Origin: an uncultured Fidelibacterota bacterium | GTDB taxonomy: Bacteria; Fidelibacterota; Marinisomatia; Marinisomatales; UBA1611 | DNA length: 52,586 nt | Assembly (NCBI GenBank): GCA_913040915.1 | Contig: CAJWHW010000012.1 | Span: 1-52,586 of the forward strand | Direction: 5' to 3' | In this document: one piece after another, positions 1 to 9,378 of the stretch | How the letters are laid out: the number at the start of each line of letters is the position of its first letter | How positions within the stretch are numbered: position 1 is the stretch's first letter | Position numbers and translations under genes: made by a program | Notes under the pieces: model-generated | Told to the model about the DNA's origin: nothing | Databases searched by the model: none | The model's input: the letters and a program-made list of their open reading frames with translations, nothing else

Positions 1-650
1 CGTACTGCAAAATTTCTTTCTTGAGGCGACTTATGGTGATTGTTTTGATACAATTCTCCCATCATTAAGATATCAACAGGAAGAGTATTTTTAGAATTAT
101 CCTTCTGCTCATTGAAATTTCTATAGCCCCACAAATGGCCAAACCAATTAACAATAAACCCATGTATAGGGCCCATAAGTATGTGCACAGGGATCAGTAA
201 ATAAAACCAAGGAGAAGGTGCATAAACAAGATAAATTAAAGTGTAAATAATAATAAAAATGCCCCGCATGACCATTGATTCTGCTAGGTTCTCTAAAAAC
301 GGCCATCGAGGCACATTCCGAGCTGTTATTTCATTTTTTTGAAATTGAGAAACTAAATCACGATATACAATAAATGTACGTTTCTGGAATTCAAAAATAT
401 TTTTTATTATATGAGGGGAATGAGGATCCTTTTTTGTATCTGCAAATTCATGATGACGTCTATGCAAAACAGCATAAGCAGCTGGATGGAGAAAGGATGA
501 CCCCTGAAAAATAAAAGTAAGTAAAAAGAAAACTTTTTCAACCCAAAGATTCATTTTAAACATATTATGAGATGCATATCTATGAAGGAAAAATGTTTGG
601 AAAAATAATGATAAATACCAATGACTAATAAGGAATACAACAATTACCAT
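1..650 (-). CDS. Delta-9-type acyl-lipid/acyl-CoA fatty acid desaturase (3' end runs off the window)
   Basis: Not in the ORF track. Translated by hand from ATG at 650: MVIVVFLISHWYLSLFFQTFFLHRYASH...LHRRHH..D...DPHSP...VNWFGH...GELYQNNHHK, giving three His boxes; frame stays open to the window edge. Confidence 0.9.
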   Translation of the reverse strand, partial: MVIVVFLISHWYLSLFFQTFFLHRYASHNMFKMNLWVEKVFFLLTFIFQGSSFLHPAAYAVLHRRHHEFADTKKDPHSPHIIKNIFEFQKRTFIVYRDLVSQFQKNEITARNVPRWPFLENLAESMVMRGIFIIIYTLIYLVYAPSPWFYLLIPVHILMGPIHGFIVNWFGHLWGYRNFNEQKDNSKNTLPVDILMMGELYQNNHHKSPQERNFAV

Positions 651-652
651 TA

Positions 653-1702
653 TTACTCACCAATAAGATTTTTATTTATAAATAGAAAATGTGACACACC
701 CCATTCCGTACCATCATTCATTCCAAACAGTTCTTCACAGGCCATGAAGAAAATACGCCATCTCTGGAACCACATTTTGGCATTATCATCACCATAAGTT
801 TTTGAAAAAATATCCAAAATTATTTTTTTATTTTTATCCATTTGATTCAACCAAGCTCGAGAAGTTTGTGAATAATGATTACCTGAAAATCGCCAAACTT
901 TCTCAATTTTTACATGATCCTGAAAATGAAGCAATAAACGGTGTGAAGGCATTTGACCACCACTGAAAAATTCTCTTGCCATCCAATCCCCAGGTCCATG
1001 ATCTTCAAATGGATAGGCCAAAGTCTTGTGAGAAAATATATGGATAAATATTTTGCCATCCGCAACCATAAAGCTACTGATTCGTTTTAAGAGTTCACCA
1101 TAATTACGCATGTGCTCAAACATTTCAACGGAAATAACACGGTCAAAAATTTTATCCGTATTAAAATTGTTCATATCCGCAGTGATTATTTCAATATTCG
1201 TTAAACCATTTTTTTCACAGCGCTTTTGAATAAACTTTCTCTGGTCACTAGAATTGCTAACTGCAGTAATTTGAGCATTTGGTAATTGCTGCGCCATGAA
1301 ACAAGTTAGAGACCCCCAGCCACAACCTAATTCTAGAATCTGCATACCATCTTTTAATTCTGCTCTTTGAAAGGTAGTCTCTAGCATAGCAGTTTCAGAT
1401 GAGTCCAATGATTGAGTTCCAACGGGCCAATATCCGGAACTGTATTTTAAATGTTTCCCAAGAACCTGTTCAAAAAATTCTGGAGGGACTTCATAATGCT
1501 GTTCATTTGCTTTTTCGGGAACCAGTGCGATTGGACTTGCTTTAAGTTCATCTACCCATTTTTGATGTAATTCTTCTGTGTTTTTAACTCCAGTACCTTT
1601 TACAATACTTAATCTTTTCAGATTTAAACTTCTAATGCCTTTTCGAATCAAAAAATCAGGCAGCATTCCTTTTTCGGCAAATGATATAAGTTTTTTTATC
1701 AT
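653..1702 (-). CDS. SAM-dependent methyltransferase, Cfa/coclaurine-N-methyltransferase-like family
   Basis: ANEQHYEVPPEFF..VLG..LKYS, ILELGCGWGS, FDRVISVEMFEHMRNY motifs. Confidence 0.88.
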   Translation of the reverse strand: MIKKLISFAEKGMLPDFLIRKGIRSLNLKRLSIVKGTGVKNTEELHQKWVDELKASPIALVPEKANEQHYEVPPEFFEQVLGKHLKYSSGYWPVGTQSLDSSETAMLETTFQRAELKDGMQILELGCGWGSLTCFMAQQLPNAQITAVSNSSDQRKFIQKRCEKNGLTNIEIITADMNNFNTDKIFDRVISVEMFEHMRNYGELLKRISSFMVADGKIFIHIFSHKTLAYPFEDHGPGDWMAREFFSGGQMPSHRLLLHFQDHVKIEKVWRFSGNHYSQTSRAWLNQMDKNKKIILDIFSKTYGDDNAKMWFQRWRIFFMACEELFGMNDGTEWGVSHFLFINKNLIGE

Positions 1703-1703
1703 A

Positions 1704-2963
1704 TCAATAATCTATCTGTATATTTTGTGAATCTGGTTTTGCAAAAATAAACTGGTAGTCACCAATATTACGCTCTCGGAATCCTGCTTCACAGTATACA
1801 AAATAGAATTCCCACATATTAATGAATTCATTTGAGAAGCCCAACTCTCTAACTTCTTCTAATTCATCTAAAAATTTTGTACGCCAACTTTTTAGTGTTG
1901 TAGCATAATGCAACGTGATATCTTCTAAATGAGCCAGGGAAAGATCTGTATGCTTTTTCATCGCTTCAGTCATTTGGGAAACAGATATAAGGCATGAACC
2001 TGGAAAGATATACTTTTTAATAAAATCAACCGAGTTCTTATATTTATCAAAATTTTGGTCATTATAAGTGATACCCTGCATGGCAAAAAGACCGTCATCT
2101 TTGAGTAATGATGTAACTTTTTGGAGGTATAGTGGTACAAATTGGTGCCCCACGGCTTCTATCATTTCGATGGAAACGATTTTATCAAACTGCCCCCTAA
2201 GGTTCCGATAGTCATCTTTTAATAAGGTAATTTTATTATCCAGGCCAGCTTCTTGAATCCTACTCTTTGCCACTTTATACTGGGCATCCGAAATAGTCGT
2301 AGTTGTCACGCGACACCCATAATGACTGGCAGCATGTATGGCAAAACTACCCCAGCCGGTTCCAATCTCCAAAATTGAATCTTCCGATTGAATATCCAGT
2401 TTCCTGCATATACGGTCTAATTTTTCAACCGATGCTTCTTTCATGGTGGTATTTTCATCTTTGAAAAAGCCACATGAATAGGTCATAGTTTCATCAAGCC
2501 ACAGTTGATAGAATTCATTGCTTAAATCATAATGGGCAAGAATATTTTGCTTACTTCCAGACAATGAGTTTTTTCGTAACCAATGTATAAATTTGTTGAA
2601 TGGCTTTGCTAATACTGCCCAGCCGGAATCTAACTGCCCTATCATATTTTTATTACGAAACAATGTTCTTAATAAAGCAACCAAATCATTAGATTTCCAA
2701 TGTCCAAGAGTGTAGGCTTCAGTTGCACCCATCAAACCACCACTTCCTAATAAGACATAAAATTCTGGAGAAAGGATATCCACTTTAACTGTTAATTCTG
2801 ATTCAGAATCACCGAAGGAGTAACTTTCATCTCCATCGGTAAGTTGGATATGACCAAATTGAATATTATCAAATCGCTTTAGAATAATTGATTTAAAAAT
2901 TCCGGATAAATAATTACCCTTCTTGTTTGCCTTTATCCTACCTGCTGCAATATCAACTCTCAT
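1704..2963 (-). CDS. cfa: Cyclopropane-fatty-acyl-phospholipid synthase family methyltransferase (UfaM/Cfa-like)
   Basis: NILAHYDLSNEFYQLWLDETMTYSC, LEIGTGWG, FDKIVSIEMIEAVG, FIKKYIFPG, WEFYFVYCEAGF. Start moved to ATG 2963 (MRVDIAAG), which overlaps the upstream stop. Confidence 0.9.
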   Translation of the reverse strand: MRVDIAAGRIKANKKGNYLSGIFKSIILKRFDNIQFGHIQLTDGDESYSFGDSESELTVKVDILSPEFYVLLGSGGLMGATEAYTLGHWKSNDLVALLRTLFRNKNMIGQLDSGWAVLAKPFNKFIHWLRKNSLSGSKQNILAHYDLSNEFYQLWLDETMTYSCGFFKDENTTMKEASVEKLDRICRKLDIQSEDSILEIGTGWGSFAIHAASHYGCRVTTTTISDAQYKVAKSRIQEAGLDNKITLLKDDYRNLRGQFDKIVSIEMIEAVGHQFVPLYLQKVTSLLKDDGLFAMQGITYNDQNFDKYKNSVDFIKKYIFPGSCLISVSQMTEAMKKHTDLSLAHLEDITLHYATTLKSWRTKFLDELEEVRELGFSNEFINMWEFYFVYCEAGFRERNIGDYQFIFAKPDSQNIQIDY

Positions 2964-3747
2964 TCTGTTTCCCTTTAAATTGTTCCTGCGATATCTTATC
3001 TGGATGTGTAAAAAACTGTGCACCCTTAAACCATATCTTCGCTGCATTCCAGTGTATCCGCCAAACTACCAGCGCTGTAATAAATGGATAGCGAAATGTC
3101 TTAAGCATCAAATTTGTTGCGTTCATCTCTTTTCGTTCCATGGATAAAGTAGCATCAAAAACTTTATTCCCATCTTTGAAATTTTTCATATTTACAAGTA
3201 AATTTTTTCCCGGTTGAGTAAACATCCATTCATAATCATGATCCATCCCCCAGAAAGGACTAACGTGGAATTCCTTTTTCATATTAGATATAAGATTTTC
3301 ATGCTTATTCAATCGATCTGAGATCATATAGGCGTGCCTTTCCTTCCATGGCGTATTTGTCACTTCTGCCATAATGAGTTCTATATCGGTATCCTTTTCA
3401 TTAAAGCAGTAATAAAAACTTACAGGGTTGAAACAGTGACCAAAATATCGTAAGTGGGTGAGTAATCGGATTGGACCTTTAAGATTTTTTCCAGTTTTTT
3501 TCTTAACCGTGGAGCGTACAGCAGCATCCAATGTTTGTTGTTTATCACCGTGGTAATCCTTTCTATAGAATGATACAATGGACGGTTTATTCGTATTCCA
3601 AAACCAAGATTTTTTGAGCATACTTTCTACTTTGGCAACATCAAAATAAGCCATAAAAATAGGGTAAGTAAAAAAATGGTCAAACGGACTAAAACGCCGA
3701 TGGCGAATTGTACCGCTGTAAATGTAATTAGCATTTGAAAGAGTCAT
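2953..3747 (-). CDS. DUF1365 family protein (UfaO-like)
   Basis: G.IRHRRF.P..H.F.Y, LLTHLRYFGHCFNPVSFYYC, AEVTNTPW.ERH.Y, KEFHVSPF motifs; typical position between the FAD oxidoreductase and cfa. Confidence 0.88.
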   Translation of the reverse strand: MTLSNANYIYSGTIRHRRFSPFDHFFTYPIFMAYFDVAKVESMLKKSWFWNTNKPSIVSFYRKDYHGDKQQTLDAAVRSTVKKKTGKNLKGPIRLLTHLRYFGHCFNPVSFYYCFNEKDTDIELIMAEVTNTPWKERHAYMISDRLNKHENLISNMKKEFHVSPFWGMDHDYEWMFTQPGKNLLVNMKNFKDGNKVFDATLSMERKEMNATNLMLKTFRYPFITALVVWRIHWNAAKIWFKGAQFFTHPDKISQEQFKGKQNES

Positions 3748-4985
3748 AGTGTGATTCCAAAATGGCTACAAACTTCCAGTGCACTGACAACACCGTCTTC
3801 ATGAAAACCATTTCGCCAATAGGCACCGCAATAAAATGTATTATTTAAACCACTGATTTCATGTTTCCTTTTCTGTGCATTGATCCCTTCCGGGGTGAAC
3901 AGGGGATGATCATAATGTAATGTTTTCAAAACTTTCTTATCATCTACAAAATCATTGTTATTCAGTGTAACACAGTAGGTATCTTCAGCGTCTAGAGACT
4001 GTAATATATTCATATTGTAGGTCATGGCCATTGGCTTATTTGGTTCCTGATCCAAATTATAATTCCAGCTAGCCCAGGCTAGTTTTCGCTTTGGTAAAAC
4101 AGATGAATCAGTATGAAGCAGTGCGTCATTGGATTGATAGGGTAATGCACCAAGAATTTCCCTTTCCTTTTTAGAAGAATCTTCCAGCAACTGTAATGCT
4201 TGATTGCTATGGGTGGCAATGACAACTGCATCAAAAATTTCTTCTTTATCGGCAGACTTAATCGTTACACTATCTTCTGAGCGACTGATAGACTGTACCG
4301 GGGAATTCAATCTAATCTTTGATTCAAATTCTACTATAATTTTTTTTACATATTCTTTTGAACCGCCTTTAATAACCCACCAACCACTACGGTTTTTTAT
4401 CTGCAATAATCCGTGGTTATTAAAAAAACGAATGAAAAATAATGCGGGCATATCTAGCATTGAATTTGCTTTAGTAGACCAGATTGCAGATCCCATGGGA
4501 ATAATGTAATGGTTAATAAATGATTTTGAATATTTATTATCATTTAAATAGTCCCCCAGTTTGACATCTACAGAAAGAATTGCCATATCCGCCTTACCCA
4601 TTTTGTTAAATCTTATAATGTCTCGTAGCATAATCCAGAATGAAGGTCTGAAATAATTCAAGCGCTGGGCGAAAAGAGACTTCATAGAATTACCGGCATA
4701 TTCAAAATTTTTGTTTACAGATTTAACACTAAATCCCATTGTCGTTTTTTGTCGCTTCACACCTAACTGATCTAAAAGTTTAATAAAATTAGGATAGGTA
4801 ACTTCATTATACACAATGAATCCAGAATCCACAGCATAAGTAGTCTGATCTGTTTTGATTGCATGAGTATGCGTATGTCCGCCAACATAATCATTTTTTT
4901 CAAAAACAGTTATTTCGTGCTTACGATTAAGTAAGTAAGCAGCAGTCAAACCTGATATACCCGTGCCAATAATTGCAATTTTCAC
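3744..4985 (-). CDS. FAD-dependent oxidoreductase, amine-oxidase family (UfaD-like)
   Basis: KIAIIGTGISGL Rossmann motif, GGHTHT, VDSGFIVYN..TYPNF, AWASWNY, YCGAYWRNGFHEDG. Confidence 0.9.
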   Translation of the reverse strand: MKIAIIGTGISGLTAAYLLNRKHEITVFEKNDYVGGHTHTHAIKTDQTTYAVDSGFIVYNEVTYPNFIKLLDQLGVKRQKTTMGFSVKSVNKNFEYAGNSMKSLFAQRLNYFRPSFWIMLRDIIRFNKMGKADMAILSVDVKLGDYLNDNKYSKSFINHYIIPMGSAIWSTKANSMLDMPALFFIRFFNNHGLLQIKNRSGWWVIKGGSKEYVKKIIVEFESKIRLNSPVQSISRSEDSVTIKSADKEEIFDAVVIATHSNQALQLLEDSSKKEREILGALPYQSNDALLHTDSSVLPKRKLAWASWNYNLDQEPNKPMAMTYNMNILQSLDAEDTYCVTLNNNDFVDDKKVLKTLHYDHPLFTPEGINAQKRKHEISGLNNTFYCGAYWRNGFHEDGVVSALEVCSHFGITL

Positions 4986-4991
4986 CTAGAT

Positions 4992-5531
4992 TTATTTCCA
5001 CTCCTGCATAATTTTTTGGACCTTGGATACATCATAACCAATTCCCGCTAATCTATTGATAATCTTTTCATAAATATCATTAGATAGTTTGGACTCACGG
5101 GCCATGATCCATACGTATTTACGATTGGGAACTCCAACAACAGTGTAACTATAATCATCAGCTAAATCAATAATGAGGAATGGTAACTTGAACGGCCAGA
5201 TAAACTGCATTCTCCATTCCGCATTTGTTTCCGTATTAAAAATGAATCCAATTGGATTGTATACTTTTTTCTTACCAGTTGGACTATCCTGGTAGAAAGT
5301 AAAGGTAGTCTCAACCTCTCCTTTATCATTAAGACGGTATGATTCAACAGCATTAGTAGCGCGCTTTTCAATAAAAGTAGGAATGTTAGCGATGACATAC
5401 CAATCGCCCATGAAGCGATGGATATCTACAAATGGTACTGTTTTCATGCTTTGATGGTTACTATTATCAATGGAATTACAGGCTACAAGAAATAATAAAA
5501 CGATTATAAGGTTAAAATCTCTTATTATCAT
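4992..5531 (-). CDS. blc: Bacterial lipocalin lipoprotein
   Basis: Lipobox LVAC; VD..RFMGDWYVIA, DYSYTVVG.PNRKYVWIMAR lipocalin motifs. Confidence 0.88.
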   Translation of the reverse strand: MIIRDFNLIIVLLFLVACNSIDNSNHQSMKTVPFVDIHRFMGDWYVIANIPTFIEKRATNAVESYRLNDKGEVETTFTFYQDSPTGKKKVYNPIGFIFNTETNAEWRMQFIWPFKLPFLIIDLADDYSYTVVGVPNRKYVWIMARESKLSNDIYEKIINRLAGIGYDVSKVQKIMQEWK

Positions 5532-5534
5532 AAA

Positions 5535-6233
5535 TCAACTCTCGAAATAATTTTTTGACATGACTTCATTTTGTACATCCCGGAATAACCCCACAATACT
5601 GTTTTTGTTGATCATTTCCACAAGGAAGGAAGGGATAGATCCGCCTGGGTGCATAGTGAGTATGTAGGATATTCTAATTCTTCCTGATTGTGCCGGTTCC
5701 CATTTCCACAATCCAGCACCATTTTTTAAATAGGTTGCATTTTCCGTAAGGTCATTTGTAGCCGGACTTTGACCTGGTTCCAGTAAAATCCAGTAACACA
5801 TTATATTTGAAGAGTGATTATCAAATGGTTTACGGCTCATGTAGAAATAGTATTCCCGGTCATCAAAAAATGGTAGATCAATTACAATCCGCTGGAAAGC
5901 AAGTAAACCATCTGATCTATTTTCAATCACTCTAGTATAAAGAGAATTAGCATTCGAAAGAAAAGAATCATAACGCTTTACATTCATAATGACATCTGTA
6001 AAATTTTCCGGATTTATATCATATAACTTTTCTACTTTAATAGCATTGAGTCTATAGTCCGCAATTATTTTCTCACTGATATAAATTGAGTCGCTAGTAT
6101 TTTCAATGATATTCCAGTCTGAGTTGTCATACAATATTTTGAGTAGAGACCGGTTCATTGAAGTAATTTCGTTAGCAAAACCGAGGGCCACCCAGAAAAT
6201 AATGGAATAAATAAAGCAGGGTTTAGATTTCAT
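5535..6233 (-). CDS. Exported START/SRPBCC-like lipid-binding protein
   Basis: Signal-peptide-like N-terminus; LPFFDDREY and ISYILTMHPGGSIPSFLV resemble START-domain motifs. Confidence 0.65.
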   Translation of the reverse strand: MKSKPCFIYSIIFWVALGFANEITSMNRSLLKILYDNSDWNIIENTSDSIYISEKIIADYRLNAIKVEKLYDINPENFTDVIMNVKRYDSFLSNANSLYTRVIENRSDGLLAFQRIVIDLPFFDDREYYFYMSRKPFDNHSSNIMCYWILLEPGQSPATNDLTENATYLKNGAGLWKWEPAQSGRIRISYILTMHPGGSIPSFLVEMINKNSIVGLFRDVQNEVMSKNYFES

Positions 6234-6750
6234 TACGAATAATTATTCTGTTTAAATGATATAAAAGAGGTACAGTTATACCCCAAACTAAAGCCAATAT
6301 AACTATTGTAAATACCGACATTTGAAAATTAATTGCTCCAAATTTTAACCCAGCTAGATAAGATAAAGGGCCAAATATGGCACCGAGAAGAAATGCAAAA
6401 AACCACTTACCATCTAGCCACCCAAGTGAATGATTAATAGTTGCAGCAAATCCTAACCACATAGAAATAATCCAAAGTGGTGCAAAAAAAGAAAGAGTAA
6501 GTCCTTCATAAATAATTAGAGATGATTGTAGAAAAATTGTATCGACAAATGATCCTAACAAACCAACAATAATGATAAAAATAATCTCCGATCGATTGTT
6601 ACCATTAAGCATTAAATGAGTAATTAGGAAAAAAACCATCATAATTGGGCCCAAGTAGATATATCCATTCTGTACACCTAGGACACATGCCCACCAGCTG
6701 CTCTGGAAACCAATGATGTTAAACAATTTTTTATAATTTGACATTTTCAA
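6223..6750 (-). CDS. DUF2878 family membrane protein
   Basis: NIIGFQ..WW..V, APLWIISMWLGFAATINHSLGWL, GPLSYLAG motifs; usual neighbour of cfa/DUF1365. Confidence 0.8.
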   Translation of the reverse strand: MKMSNYKKLFNIIGFQSSWWACVLGVQNGYIYLGPIMMVFFLITHLMLNGNNRSEIIFIIIVGLLGSFVDTIFLQSSLIIYEGLTLSFFAPLWIISMWLGFAATINHSLGWLDGKWFFAFLLGAIFGPLSYLAGLKFGAINFQMSVFTIVILALVWGITVPLLYHLNRIIIRNEI

Positions 6751-6840
6751 TATTAAGAATCAAAAAAGGGTATACACAAGCTTAATATGAGCGTTATGAG
6801 CGTTATTGATATATTTTAATAATTGGATTATAGTTATCTG

Positions 6841-8199
6841 TTAAATATAATTATTCAATCCAAAAATCGGTTTGTTTTTCTTCCATTTTCCACGCGTAAA
6901 ATCAGGGATTTTAACAGCAGCACTTCCCAACCGTATTGACTTTTCAGACAGGGGACAAATTACACTCATACTTACTGAATCATAAACATCAATGACAGGT
7001 TCAGCACCTTTTAATGCCTCAATAAATGCCCTGAAAATGAAAAAATCCATACCACCATGTCCTGACCCAGAAGCTTCATTACCAAAACGTTTCCAGAGTG
7101 GATGATCATATTTTTTCATATATGCTTCTTCTTTCTCCCATCGATGTGATTCAGGACTCAACCCTTCAATATAAATGGATCGGGCATCTTTTTGCCACAG
7201 TCCTTGGGTCCCCTGCACTCTAAAATTCAAGCTGTATGGCCTAGGGTTATTGGTATCATGACTAAGCATTATTGTTTGACCATTTTCACATTTTATTACA
7301 GTAGTCACAATATCACCACACTTGAATTCAATATCGGCATTAGGATGATTTGGCCCACTTTTATCAATAATATATTTGCTTAATCCACGGCTTTGTGTAG
7401 CGGTGGAGGTCAAGTGAACCATCTTATTTCCACGATTGATTCCTAGCATGGTGCTTACGGGACCTAATCCATGTGTCGGGTATAAATCTCCATTCCGATC
7501 TATAGAGTGCTGTGTACGCCACTTGGCTTCTGAATATCCTTTTTCTCCAAATTCAACACCACCGCCATAGGGCTGCTTCCCATCATTAAATTTCACATGG
7601 CGAAGATCATGTTGGTAACCACCTTGACAATGTATTAATTCTCCAAACAATCCCTGCCTAACCATATTTAATATTGCCATAACATCCCGACGATAACACA
7701 CATTTTCCATAATCATACATAATTTCCCTGTTGCTTCGGAAATATTGACCAAATCCCAACATTCCCGCACTGTTAATGCTGCAGGGACTTCTGTTCCAAC
7801 ATGGATTCCATTTTTCATTGCTGCAGTGGACATGGGGTGATGCCACTCCCATGGTGTAGCAATATAGACACCATCCAAATCTTCATTCTTGACCATATTA
7901 AGGAAATCATCATCCCCTTTATTATATACCCGAGGTTGAGGTTTGCCAGCATCATTTAATATTTTTAAAGCACTTTCAATCATTTTTTCATCAATATCAC
8001 AAATAGCAGGGATTTCCACTCCAGGATATTTACCAACAAGCCATAATGCCCACTGGCCTCTTAATCCGGTTCCAATGACTCCTAATTTTACTCGTTTTTT
8101 CTTTGTGGAAGCATACATTGACGATGGCATAAATGATAAAGCAGCACTGGCGGCTGATACAGTTTTAATAAAATTTCTTCTATTTAAATTTTTTGACAT
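6841..8199 (-). CDS. GH109 (Gfo/Idh/MocA-fold, NAD+-dependent) alpha-N-acetylgalactosaminidase-like glycosidase, Tat-exported
   Basis: NRRNFIK twin-arginine signal, IGTGLRG, ATPWEWH, ENVCY, GDLYPTHGLGP, GHGGMDF. Confidence 0.9.
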   Translation of the reverse strand: MSKNLNRRNFIKTVSAASAALSFMPSSMYASTKKKRVKLGVIGTGLRGQWALWLVGKYPGVEIPAICDIDEKMIESALKILNDAGKPQPRVYNKGDDDFLNMVKNEDLDGVYIATPWEWHHPMSTAAMKNGIHVGTEVPAALTVRECWDLVNISEATGKLCMIMENVCYRRDVMAILNMVRQGLFGELIHCQGGYQHDLRHVKFNDGKQPYGGGVEFGEKGYSEAKWRTQHSIDRNGDLYPTHGLGPVSTMLGINRGNKMVHLTSTATQSRGLSKYIIDKSGPNHPNADIEFKCGDIVTTVIKCENGQTIMLSHDTNNPRPYSLNFRVQGTQGLWQKDARSIYIEGLSPESHRWEKEEAYMKKYDHPLWKRFGNEASGSGHGGMDFFIFRAFIEALKGAEPVIDVYDSVSMSVICPLSEKSIRLGSAAVKIPDFTRGKWKKNKPIFGLNNYI

Positions 8200-8210
8200 T
8201 AGCTACCTCA

Positions 8211-9317
8211 TTATTTTAGCACTAAATCTTGAAGATCAATTCTAACTGATAAAATATAAGGGCTTTTATTATCTTCCCAGTGCCCATATGTTGTTGTTAC
8301 TATATAACCGTCCGATAAAATTTCAACTCCAGGATAAGCACAATCCCATTCATGTTTATTATCTTTAATACGGATTCGAAATTCACCAACCTTTCCAGAA
8401 AAAATATCTTCATATTTCCCTACCCATGCGACCCAATCTCCTTGTGTTGGGCTATCAGGTGCAGTGTCCCTAAATGAAATAAATAGACGACCATCAAGTA
8501 GATATTTCCCTGTATGGCGGTCACCTGTGAGTTCTCGTGGAAGTTCCATCGGTTCACTCCAGGAATTACCTTCATCATTTGAAAAGATTACATGTGAATT
8601 TTTGGACCGACTGTTTTCTCGCAGAAGGACTGCTAATTGTTTACCATTGGGAGAACGTATGAGGCTCGGCTCGCATAGATGAATTTTGTTATTCTGATAA
8701 ACTGGTAAAGGATGAGACCAGGTGAGTCCACCATCAACAGAATTAGTCTGGTATAACGTAAATACATCCGTTTTTTTTCCATCTTTGATAAAAAATCGAC
8801 CATCATCATGAAACATAGCAAGATAGTTTCCTGGTTTTTTCAGTGCTTCAACAAAACCCATGACAACAATACCACCCCAATTCCCTACTGGCTGTAGAGC
8901 AGACCATGTGATCCCATCATCATCTGAAACTGCGAGTCTTGCCGGATAAAGCCCTGACCAGAGAATGAGCCTTTTCATTCCTCTTTTATCAATTACACGG
9001 TGAATTGTCGGCACTTCTTTACTAGTTGACCAATTAGGCGGTACCGGCAGGCGCTCAGACCATGTTTTACCTCCATCCTTACTTTTTTTATATACTATCT
9101 CACCTTTACCATGACCTTTAGGATATACGATTAAAATCGTTTTCCCATCTTCTAATAAAACTGTGGATGGGTGACCTAAATAAACACCATCTTCCCGATC
9201 TACAATGGTCTGTAGATCTTTTCGATGATCAAGTTCGATGGTTGGAATTAAAAATCGCACTGGATTTGAACTGAATAGAAATGAATATAGAATGATAGTA
9301 ATTAATAAACGTGGCAT
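8211..9317 (-). CDS. Sialidase-fold (BNR/Asp-box) exported glycoside hydrolase-like protein
   Basis: Signal peptide; Asp-boxes SKDGGKTW, SDDDGITW, SVDGGLTW, SNDEGNSW; LCEP and DCAYP motifs. Confidence 0.8.
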   Translation of the reverse strand: MPRLLITIILYSFLFSSNPVRFLIPTIELDHRKDLQTIVDREDGVYLGHPSTVLLEDGKTILIVYPKGHGKGEIVYKKSKDGGKTWSERLPVPPNWSTSKEVPTIHRVIDKRGMKRLILWSGLYPARLAVSDDDGITWSALQPVGNWGGIVVMGFVEALKKPGNYLAMFHDDGRFFIKDGKKTDVFTLYQTNSVDGGLTWSHPLPVYQNNKIHLCEPSLIRSPNGKQLAVLLRENSRSKNSHVIFSNDEGNSWSEPMELPRELTGDRHTGKYLLDGRLFISFRDTAPDSPTQGDWVAWVGKYEDIFSGKVGEFRIRIKDNKHEWDCAYPGVEILSDGYIVTTTYGHWEDNKSPYILSVRIDLQDLVLK

Positions 9318-9378
9318 TTTTAATCCTAAAATTAACAGATTCGCATGAAACTGGTGAGAACGTTCATTATTAATTTTT

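Noticed and set aside
2964..3047. N-terminal extension of the cfa ORF in the track
   Set aside because: Overlaps DUF1365 by ~95 bp; ATG 2963 gives normal translational coupling
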